Assembly: GCA_946623915.1 (NCBI GenBank)
Contig: CAMORQ010000001.1
Location: forward strand, 1 to 33,425
DNA: 33,425 bases
Reading direction: 5' to 3'
DNA from: an uncultured Coriobacteriaceae bacterium
GTDB lineage: Bacteria > Actinomycetota > Coriobacteriia > Coriobacteriales > Eggerthellaceae
Shown here: piece by piece, positions 16,714 to 24,624 of the stretch
How positions within the stretch are numbered: the stretch's first letter is position 1
How the letters are laid out: each line of letters starts with the position of its first letter
Notes under the pieces: generated by a model
What the model saw: the letters and a program-made list of their open reading frames with translations, nothing else
Told to the model about the DNA's origin: nothing
The model's database searches: none
Translations under genes and position numbers: made by a program

Positions 16714-18195
16714 ATGAGAACTAATCTACGCGCCAACACGGCCGTCAAGATGAATGTCTTTACCGAGCAGCAGTGTCAAGAACTGGTGTTCGCAGCAGAA
16801 GAAGCCATGTGGCTCACCGGTACCGAGTTCCACGATCCCGAGTCCATCGAGATTCTGCGCAAAGCCGGCTGCACGATTGACGGCATCATCGCCCACATCC
16901 CACCGCATATTACCGAGCGCGCACTGCAGACATGCCAGAAGCACATCGTGCTGTGCAATTCCCGCACGGGCGCACGCGAGTTGTTCCTCGAAGGCGGTAA
17001 TTCCTACTTCGGCTCGGGCCCGTGCACCCCGTTTACCCGCAACCCCTACACCGAAGAGCGCCATCGCGCCACTCGTGAAAGCGTTAAGTGGGCTACCAAG
17101 GTCCTCGACGCCCTGCCCAACATCGACTATGCCATGTCGCTGGGCATCGTGCAGGACGTGCCGCTGCTGCTTTCGGACCGTCATGAATTCGAGCAGATGA
17201 TCCTGAACACCGACAAGCCGATCATCACCGTGTGCAACGACCAGTACGGCCAGGAAGACAACATCAAGATGGCCGAGTACATCGCTGGTGGCGAAGAAGA
17301 GCTGCGCAACCATCCGTTCATCTGCCTGTATGCAGAGCCCATTTCCCCGGGCGTCCACTGCATCGAGGCTGCTCAGAAGATGGTGTACGGTGCTCGCAAG
17401 GGTCTGCCCACGATTTACACGCCTTGCATCATGGCTGGCGGCACCGCTCCGGCAACGCTGGCTGGCGTTATGGTCCAGGGTCTGTGCGAATCTCTGTCCG
17501 GTCTGGTACTGGGTCAGTGCGCCGCCGAAGGTTCCCCGTTCATCATGGGCGGTGTGTACACGGTGCTCGACATGGGTTCGACGATCTTCAGCTACGGTGC
17601 TCCCGAGCTCGACCTGATGCTCGCCGGCCTGGCCGACGTGGCTCACTACCTGAAGGTTCCTATGTTCGGTACCGCTGGCTGCACCGACACCTGCGTCATC
17701 GACGAGCAGGCGGGCGTGGAAGCTGCGCTGTCCATGGCTATGACCAACATGTCTGGCGCGAACCTGAACCACGACACCGGTTACGCCGAGTACGGCACCA
17801 CCTCCAACCTCGACCTGGTTGTTATCGCTGACGAGGTTCTGGGTATGGCTCGCCGCATCACCGCTGGCATTCAGACCACCGAAGAAACCCTGTCCCTCAA
17901 AGAGATCGAGAAGGTCGGTCCTGGCGGTCGCTTCCGTGCAGCCGACATCCCCGAGCCCGAGGAAGAGGGCGTCTTCGAGCCCAAGAACTCCCGTGTCGAT
18001 TACCAGGCACGTCTGGTCAACCGCGGCGCGCGCGAGATCTGGGAAAAGGCCGGTGGCAAGACCCTCAAGCAGGCTGCCAACGAGAAGGTTCGCGACATCA
18101 TCGAGAACCACGAGGCCGAGCCGCTGCCCAAGGCGACTGCTGCCAAGATCCGCGAAATGGTCGAAAACGCAGTCGGCCATATGCCGGGCGAATAA
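16714..18195 (+). CDS. second, divergent MttB-family non-pyrrolysine methyltransferase; substrate unknown
   Basis: 493 aa with the same family pattern (GTEFHDPESIEILRKAGCTIDG). There is no in-frame TAG. ATG 16714 follows AAGGAGAGGAAG, 24 nt after the previous stop. Confidence 0.85.
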   Translation: MRTNLRANTAVKMNVFTEQQCQELVFAAEEAMWLTGTEFHDPESIEILRKAGCTIDGIIAHIPPHITERALQTCQKHIVLCNSRTGARELFLEGGNSYFGSGPCTPFTRNPYTEERHRATRESVKWATKVLDALPNIDYAMSLGIVQDVPLLLSDRHEFEQMILNTDKPIITVCNDQYGQEDNIKMAEYIAGGEEELRNHPFICLYAEPISPGVHCIEAAQKMVYGARKGLPTIYTPCIMAGGTAPATLAGVMVQGLCESLSGLVLGQCAAEGSPFIMGGVYTVLDMGSTIFSYGAPELDLMLAGLADVAHYLKVPMFGTAGCTDTCVIDEQAGVEAALSMAMTNMSGANLNHDTGYAEYGTTSNLDLVVIADEVLGMARRITAGIQTTEETLSLKEIEKVGPGGRFRAADIPEPEEEGVFEPKNSRVDYQARLVNRGAREIWEKAGGKTLKQAANEKVRDIIENHEAEPLPKATAAKIREMVENAVGHMPGE

Positions 18196-18309
18196 GCTTG
18201 CAGCCCCTGCGCACTAAGCGCACGCAAGAAGCTTAAAGACATAGCGCGGGAGGGCTGCCTACATGGCAACTCTCCCGTGCGCAGTAGGTTAAAGGGGGGC
18301 AAAGGGAAC

Positions 18310-20349
18310 ATGTCTCTAGTTCTAGGAATCGATACGGGCGGCACCTATACTGACGGCGTGGTGTTCGACCGGGTAAGTCGCAAAGTGCTTGCCAAAGCGA
18401 AGAGCCGTACAACCCGCGAAGATTTAAGCATCGGTATCACAGGCGTCATTGACGCGGTTCAGTTCGACGAGCTGGACAAGATCGAAGTCGTGTCAATGTC
18501 CACCACGTTGGCCACAAACGCCATCGTGGAAGGTGCTGGCTGCGAAGTGGGTCTGTTGCTGTTGGGTTACTACCCCGATGATTCATGGGATGTTCCGGCG
18601 GCAGCGGTCTGCACAATCCCGGGCGGTCACAACGTCAAAGGACAAGCGAAAGAGCCCTTCGACGACGATGCATGCAGGGAAGCGCTCGAATCCATGCGCG
18701 GCGCTGTGGACGCGGTGGCCATCTCCGGCTACTTAAGCGTGCGCAATCCCGAGCATGAAGTGCGCGCAAAAGAGCTGGTCAAGGAAGTATTGGACGTGCC
18801 GACCGTGTGCGCGCACGACCTTACGCGTTCTTTGGGTATCTACGAGCGCACGACTACGGCCGTTCTCAATGCAAAGCTCATGCCCATCATCGCGAACCTG
18901 CTTAAGGCGGTGCGTGCATCGCTGGATCGCAAGAAGATCAAAGCGCCCATCATGGTGGTGCGCGGCGATGGCACGCTCATCGGTGAAGAGAAGGCAAAGG
19001 ACAAGCCGATCGAAACCATGCTTTCCGGCCCGGCCGCGAGCATCATCGGCGCCTCGTTCCTTTCCGACGAATCGGACGCGTTCGTGTTCGACATGGGCGG
19101 TACCACGTCCGACGTGGCTGTGGTCAAGGACGGCATTCCGCGCATCGACGAAGAAGGCGCTTTTGTCGGCGGCTTCTTAACGCGCGTGAAAGCGGCTGCC
19201 ATTTCCACGTTCGGTCTTGGCGGCGACAGCTACATCTGGATGGATATGGAACGTCGATTGAACGTTGGCCCGCAGCGTGTTATCCCCATTGCGGTGGCAG
19301 TTTCGGAGTTCCCGTATCTGTATCGTGAACTCGAAAAAGTGAACGTGCCTTACGGCTACCTGCTGAACTACTGCCAGGTGGTAGACTGTTTCCGCATCAA
19401 CAACACCAACGCGACTGCGGTGTTCAACGAAATGGAGAAGCGCATCCTTTCCGCTCTCGAAGACGGACCGCACAACGTGTTCGAAATCTCCGAGCGCCTT
19501 GACACGCTTCCGAACATGATGAACTTCGACCGTTTGGTCAGTGCGGGCGTCCTCGGCCGCATTTCGGTTACGCCGACCGACTTGCTGCACGCCGACGGCA
19601 CGTTGGATTTGTGGGACAGCAAGGCATCCAAGCTGGCGGTTGGCTTGCTCGCCAAGCGCTTCAACAAGCAGGCAGAGGATTTCCTGGAAGAGGCGAAAGA
19701 CCGCGTGGTCGACGAGCTGTGCTACGCAAGCGTGCAGAGCCTGGTTAACTACGAGGGCGGCGGGTTCGATTTGAAGACAGACCCGGGTGCTGCATTCTTC
19801 TTCAAGAAGCAGCTGCATCCGTCGGAAAACAGTTACCTGTCGGCAAATGTGAATCCTGCCATCCCGCTTATCGGCGTGGGTGCGCCCATTGCGAACTGGC
19901 TACCGCCGACAGCAGAGCGCATCGGGTGCAGGCTGATCGTGCCCGAAAACGCCGAAGTGGCCAACGCCATCGGTTCTGCAGTTGGTCGCGTCATGGAGTC
20001 GGTGAAGATCCTGGTTACCCCGGGCGACAACAACGATGGCTTCAACCTGCACTCTGCCTACGAGATGAAGTTCTTCGCAGACCTGGAAGAAGCTATCGCC
20101 TACGCCATGGAGTTCGCAGAGAACAAAGCGCGCGAAATCGCTCAGGAAAACGGTGTGGCCAATCCGGAAATCACCGTGAACCGCAACGACGTGCTCGCTG
20201 CATCGGGCGACGACGAGAGCGAAGGCGACATCTTCATCGAGTCGAACATCGAGGCGATCGCCACCGATACGCCCGAGTGGGAAACCGAGGAGCGCAAAGA
20301 GCACTTCTTCGTGGACACCCGCGGACGCGGCATGACGATGGACGACTAG
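18310..20349 (+). CDS. hydantoinase/oxoprolinase (HyuA-like, ASKHA-fold) family protein
   Basis: The N-terminus LGIDTGGTYTDGVV is the hydantoinase_A N-domain phosphate-1 motif, and a second ATPase motif (FDMGGTTSDVAV) is present. About 680 aa with no Cys cluster. ATG 18310 follows AAAGGGGGGCAAAGGGA. Confidence 0.75.
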   Translation: MSLVLGIDTGGTYTDGVVFDRVSRKVLAKAKSRTTREDLSIGITGVIDAVQFDELDKIEVVSMSTTLATNAIVEGAGCEVGLLLLGYYPDDSWDVPAAAVCTIPGGHNVKGQAKEPFDDDACREALESMRGAVDAVAISGYLSVRNPEHEVRAKELVKEVLDVPTVCAHDLTRSLGIYERTTTAVLNAKLMPIIANLLKAVRASLDRKKIKAPIMVVRGDGTLIGEEKAKDKPIETMLSGPAASIIGASFLSDESDAFVFDMGGTTSDVAVVKDGIPRIDEEGAFVGGFLTRVKAAAISTFGLGGDSYIWMDMERRLNVGPQRVIPIAVAVSEFPYLYRELEKVNVPYGYLLNYCQVVDCFRINNTNATAVFNEMEKRILSALEDGPHNVFEISERLDTLPNMMNFDRLVSAGVLGRISVTPTDLLHADGTLDLWDSKASKLAVGLLAKRFNKQAEDFLEEAKDRVVDELCYASVQSLVNYEGGGFDLKTDPGAAFFFKKQLHPSENSYLSANVNPAIPLIGVGAPIANWLPPTAERIGCRLIVPENAEVANAIGSAVGRVMESVKILVTPGDNNDGFNLHSAYEMKFFADLEEAIAYAMEFAENKAREIAQENGVANPEITVNRNDVLAASGDDESEGDIFIESNIEAIATDTPEWETEERKEHFFVDTRGRGMTMDD

Positions 20350-20433
20350 GGCTTGCTGCGCTGCCCATCGACAAGAGTGCGGCGCATTTTGATAAACAAC
20401 GGTATGCAACAACAAAAAGAAAGGTAACCACAC

Positions 20434-21249
20434 ATGAGTTTTATCATCATTGCTGAAAAGATCAACGGTTCCGTGCCCCGGACCAAGGAAGCCATTGACG
20501 CTCGCGATGCCGATTACATTCGCCAGATCGCCAAGGCTCAGGCTGATGCTGGCGCCACCTACATCGACGTGAACGCCGGCGTCGAGCCTTCCGAAGAGCA
20601 CGAGGTCATGGAATGGCTGATCGACCTGGTCCAGGAAGTCACCGACACCCCGCTGTGCATCGACAGCGCCGACCCTCAGGTTATGGTCGACATGATGCCG
20701 AAGGCCAACAAGGTTGGCTGCCTGAACTCCGTCAACATGGAAGGCGACAAGTGCGACATCGTGTTCCCGGCCATTGCAGGAACCGACTGGTACGTCGTTG
20801 CCCTTACCTGCGACGAAGAGGGCATCCCCACCGATCCGCAGAAGAAGTTCGAAATCGCCAAGGCAATCATCGCCAAGGCCGACGAATACGGCGTAGACCA
20901 CGAAAAGATTCTGTTCGATCCGCTGGTCACCACGCTCGGCACCAACCAGGATTCCTTCGTGCAGTTCACCGAAGCCACGAAGATGATCAAGGAAGCATGG
21001 CCCGATGTTCACATCACTTCCGGCCTTTCCAACATCAGCTTCGGCCTGCCGAGCCGCAAGACCATCAACATGCAGTTCCTGGCTTTGGCCATGTACGACG
21101 GCATGGACAGCGCCATCATGGACCCGACGTCTCGCGACATGATGGGCGCCATGTTTGCCACGCAGGCCCTGATGGGCGAGGACCCGTTCTGCAAGGATTA
21201 CTTGACTGGCTTCCGCAACGACCTGTTCGGTCCGAAGAAGGAAGCATAA
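20434..21249 (+). CDS. pterin-binding methyltransferase (methylcorrinoid:tetrahydrofolate methyltransferase, MtgA/MtqA/AcsE-like)
   Basis: 271 aa DHPS-like TIM-barrel pattern (IIAEKINGS, YIDVNAG, PLCIDS, SGLSNISFGLP), typical of methyl-THF:corrinoid methyltransferases. Confidence 0.85.
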   Translation: MSFIIIAEKINGSVPRTKEAIDARDADYIRQIAKAQADAGATYIDVNAGVEPSEEHEVMEWLIDLVQEVTDTPLCIDSADPQVMVDMMPKANKVGCLNSVNMEGDKCDIVFPAIAGTDWYVVALTCDEEGIPTDPQKKFEIAKAIIAKADEYGVDHEKILFDPLVTTLGTNQDSFVQFTEATKMIKEAWPDVHITSGLSNISFGLPSRKTINMQFLALAMYDGMDSAIMDPTSRDMMGAMFATQALMGEDPFCKDYLTGFRNDLFGPKKEA

Positions 21250-21295
21250 GGGCGCAAAGCATTTGTACCCGTTTCGAGCTCGCAAGGAGGCTGTC

Positions 21296-21664
21296 ATGTT
21301 GGTAGTAACGAACAACCCGCTTCTCTGTTCCGAACCGAACGCGTTGTTCGTCGATGGCAGCTTCCGCGACGTGCTCGTGAAAGTACGGGACTTGGTGTAT
21401 TCAGGCTACGAGCTGGTCACGCATCCGTTGTTCGCCAGCTTAGGCATGATGTTCTCGCCCTATCGCACGGTAGTTTTGGGTGAGTCGTGCGGTAGGGCGA
21501 GCGACTACGAAATGGAGTTGGTCGAGAACGCCATTGTCACGTACGACCAGGCGACGGAAGGCCGCGTGCGTTTCGCAGAATACGACGAGGACTACGCCTG
21601 GATGGATAGGAGCCTGTACCAGTCTGCCCTGGAAGACCAGGGGCTGGTGCTTAACAGGTACTAG
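21296..21664 (+). CDS. grdX: GrdX-like glycine reductase complex-associated protein
   Basis: About 122 aa with N-terminal LVVTNNPLL and VRDLVYSGYELVTHPL...SPYRTVV, as recalled for GrdX proteins. It sits immediately upstream of a grdE-like gene, as in glycine reductase operons. ATG 21296 follows AAGGAGG. Confidence 0.65.
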   Translation: MLVVTNNPLLCSEPNALFVDGSFRDVLVKVRDLVYSGYELVTHPLFASLGMMFSPYRTVVLGESCGRASDYEMELVENAIVTYDQATEGRVRFAEYDEDYAWMDRSLYQSALEDQGLVLNRY

Positions 21665-21715
21665 GCAATAGGGAGAAGGGAAAAGAGTCGCGATAAGCGA
21701 ACGGAGGTGTTTTGA

Positions 21716-22999
21716 GTGAAGTTAGAACAAGGATTGGTTTACATTAAGGATGTCGTTGGCGGAAGCGAAAACTCCGTCAAGGACGGCGTTCTCACGGTCG
21801 ACGTCGAAGGATTGAAGGCGCATCTGCTCGAAGATCCGAAGGTCAAGGCCGTTGAGGTCGACTTCGCCAAGCCGGGGGATCACACACGCATCGTGCCGGT
21901 GAAGGACGTTATCGAGCCGCGGTTCAATTTCGACCGCGTCAACGGCTTCCCGGGCATGACGGTGAAGTACAACGAATGCGGCAACGGTCGCGTGAACGTG
22001 CTTCGCGGTGCTGCCGTGGTCACCATCGGTGATGCGGTGGGCTTCCAGGAAGGCGTCATCGACATGTGGGGCGAAGGTGCTCTCTGGACGCCGTTCTCCA
22101 AGACATACAACATCGTGGTTGACATCACGCCCATCGACGGCGTCGATCCGCATGAGCACGAGACCATCGTGCGCATGGCTGGTCTGCGTGCAGGCACCTA
22201 TGTGGGCTTGGCGGCAGAAAACGCCACAGTCGACGAAACCAAGGTGTGGGAGCTTGGCCCAGCGAAGGAAGAGAGCGAAAAGTATCCGGATCTTCCCAAG
22301 GTCGCCTATGTGCAGATGACCATCTCGCAGGGTTTGCTGCATGACGTGTACATGTATGGCGTGGACGTGAAGGAGATCATCCCCACATGGTTCCATCCCA
22401 ACGAGGAACTGGACAGCGCCATCGTGTCCGGTAACTGCGTGGCGGCATGCGACAAGATCACCACCTACCAGCATCAGACCAATCCGCTGACCGAAGACCT
22501 CTACGAGCAGCACGGCAAGACCATCAACTACATCGGCAACATCCTGTCGCCCGAACTGACCACGCTCGACGGCAAGTTCCGCAATTGCGACTACACCGCC
22601 AAGCTGTGCGAGCAGCTGGGTGCCGACGGCGTTATCGTGTCCGAGGAAGGCTACGGCAATCCCGACTCCGACCTCGTGATGATCTGCAAGCGCCTCGAGA
22701 ATCGCGGCATCAAGACCGCTCTCGTAACTGACGAGTGCTCCGGTTGGGACGGCACGAGCCAGCCCCTTACCGACACGGCACCTGAAGCCGTGGCTGTGGT
22801 TTCGTCGGGCAACGTGAGCAAGGTTATCGAGCTCGAGCCGGCTGACAAGGTGCTCGGCAATCTGAAGGCTGCCGAAACGGTGGCTGGCGGTTGGGCAGGA
22901 TGCGTCGGCGACGACGGCAGCTTGAAAGTCGAGCTGAATGCCGTCATCGGTGCGACCTCTGAAATCGGTTATCACAACGCTTCCGTGAAGCTGTATTAA
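21716..22999 (+). CDS. grdE: glycine/sarcosine/betaine reductase component B alpha/beta proprotein (GrdE/GrdG-like, pyruvoyl type)
   Basis: 427 aa with the EEGYGNPDSD motif. An Asn240-Cys241 pair (22433..22438) lies at the position I recall for the GrdE self-cleavage site. GTG 21716 follows GGAGGTG at 6 nt. Selenoprotein B follows 16 nt downstream. Confidence 0.88.
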   Translation: MKLEQGLVYIKDVVGGSENSVKDGVLTVDVEGLKAHLLEDPKVKAVEVDFAKPGDHTRIVPVKDVIEPRFNFDRVNGFPGMTVKYNECGNGRVNVLRGAAVVTIGDAVGFQEGVIDMWGEGALWTPFSKTYNIVVDITPIDGVDPHEHETIVRMAGLRAGTYVGLAAENATVDETKVWELGPAKEESEKYPDLPKVAYVQMTISQGLLHDVYMYGVDVKEIIPTWFHPNEELDSAIVSGNCVAACDKITTYQHQTNPLTEDLYEQHGKTINYIGNILSPELTTLDGKFRNCDYTAKLCEQLGADGVIVSEEGYGNPDSDLVMICKRLENRGIKTALVTDECSGWDGTSQPLTDTAPEAVAVVSSGNVSKVIELEPADKVLGNLKAAETVAGGWAGCVGDDGSLKVELNAVIGATSEIGYHNASVKLY

Positions 23000-23015
23000 G
23001 AGAGGGGGATAAGGC

Positions 23016-24317
23016 ATGAGCAAGAAAGTTCTCTACTATCTGAACCAGTTCTTCGGCGGTATCGGCGGCGAAGACATGGCAGACTTCGAGCCCGAGTTCC
23101 GCGCAGGCGAACTTGTGGGTCCGGCGATGGGCATTAACGCCGCAGCAGGCGATGGGATCGAGGCTGTCGGTACGCTTATCTGCGGCGACAACTTCTTTGG
23201 AACGCACGAAGAAGAGGCCAAGGCTTTCATCGCGAAGGTTATCGAAGAGCAGCAGCCCGATATTCTGTGTGCTGGCCCTGCGTTCAACGCTGGTCGTTAT
23301 GGTTTTGCATGCGCTGGTGCGTGCGCAGTTGCCAATGAGGCAGGCGTCATTCCCGTCAGCGGCATGTACGAGGAAAATCCTGGCTTGGAGCATTGCCAGT
23401 CGTTCAGCTGGGTTGCAGCTACGGCTAACGCAGCTGCGCAGATGCGCAAGGCCATTCCCCTTATGGGCAACCTGATTGCCAAGCTGGCAGCGGGTGAAGA
23501 AGTGACGCCCGAAGATGATTCCTACTTCGCGCAGGGTCGTCGCGAGACGGTGCTCGTGGAAGACCGTGGGTCCAAGCGTGCGGTAGACATGCTGCTCGCC
23601 CGCCTGAACGACGAGGAGTTCGTAACCGAGCTGCCTATGCCTTCGTTCGACGAGGTCGAACCTGCTCCGCCGATTGCCGACCTGACCAAGGCCACTATCG
23701 CGCTCGTTACGTCTGGCGGTATCGTCCCCAACGGCAACCCCGACCGCTTGCAGTCGGCATCTGCCCAGCAATGGAACAAGTACGACATCTCCGGTTACGA
23801 CGAGCTGAAGGGCGATTTCTACACGGTCCATGGTGGCTTCGACCCGGTGTACTGCAACGAAGACGCCGACCGCGTTCTTCCGCTCGACGCTTTGCGCGAG
23901 ATGGAAAAAGAAGGCAAGATCGGCAAAGTGTACGACTATATGTACACCACGACTGGCACGGGTACTGCGGTAGCCAACTCCATCCAGTTCGGCGAGGAAA
24001 TCGGTAAAGAACTGAAGGAGGCCGGTGTCGACGGCGTTCTACTCACCTCCACTTGAGGCACGTGCACACGTTGCGGTGCAACGATGGTTAAAGAAATCGA
24101 ACGCTACGGTATTCCGATCGTTCACATGGCCACGATTACAACGATTTCGTCGTCGGTTGGTGCTCGCCGTATTCTTCCGACGGTGGCCATTCCTTATCCC
24201 ACGGGTAACCCGAACCTGCCGGATGCAGAAGAGCATGAACTGCGTCAGAGCATGGTGGAGCGCGCCGTGAACGCTCTAGGCACCGAAATCGAGGACACCA
24301 CCGAATTCGAAGCGTAG
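23016..24317 (+). CDS. grdB: glycine/sarcosine/betaine reductase selenoprotein B family (GrdB/GrdF-like), with in-frame TGA (24054..24056) read as selenocysteine
   Basis: Track ORFs 23016..24056 and 24084..24317 share one frame. Read-through gives LTST-U-GTCTRCGATMV. The SECIS-like hairpin is the same as in the first copy. Confidence 0.9.
24069..24083 (+). promoter_or_regulatory. SECIS-like hairpin (CGTTGC-GGT-GCAACG) for TGA 24054..24056
   Basis: Identical sequence and spacing (13 nt) to 1848..1862. Confidence 0.7.
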
Positions 24318-24348
24318 TGCAAGAGCGTGTCGGACTGAACCCATCTTG

Positions 24349-24388
24349 CGGCGCCTCGGCTATGTGAAGCCGGGGCGCCGTTGCTTTG
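24349..24388 (+). terminator. rho-independent terminator after selenoprotein B gene 2
   Basis: CGGCGCCTCGGCT-atgtga-AGCCGGGGCGCCG (one T-G pair) followed by TTGCTTTG. Confidence 0.6.
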
Positions 24389-24511
24389 CACGCCCCATCG
24401 CATAGGGTGTGCAAAGTGGCGGGGTTGTGTCATGCGCATAGTTCGCAGATGCTTGCATAAAAAGCGGTGGTATCATTATCGAGGTCAGTATTTACTGGCG
24501 TTTTATGCAAT

Positions 24512-24608
24512 GGAGTCGGATGGGTCCTGGTGGGTCCCGCGGCCTTCAAAGCCGTTGTGAGGCGAGCAGAACGTCTCGGGTGTGTTCGATTCGCACACGA
24601 CTCCGCCA
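24512..24608 (+). tRNA. selC: tRNA-Sec (anticodon UCA), 97 nt with encoded CCA
   Basis: Hand-folded cloverleaf. Acceptor: GGAGTCG (24512..24518) with CGACTCC (24598..24604), discriminator G, CCA at 24606..24608. D arm: 6 bp plus a 4-nt loop, GGGTCC-TGGT-GGGTCC (24522..24537, two G-U pairs). Anticodon arm: GCGGC-CTTCAAA-GCCGT with TCA at 24546..24548. Long variable arm: GAGGCG-AGCAGAA-CGTCTC (24559..24577). T arm: GTGTG-TTCGATT-CGCAC (24580..24596). The 6-bp D stem with 4-nt D loop, the long variable arm and the UCA anticodon are tRNA-Sec hallmarks. Confidence 0.85.
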
Positions 24609-24624
24609 CTTCTCTAGGTCAATC

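Noticed and set aside
15226-18195. Pyrrolysine (in-frame TAG) in the MttB homologs
   Set aside because: Both ORFs are uninterrupted at full family length. No TAG read-through is needed, and no pyl genes are in the window.
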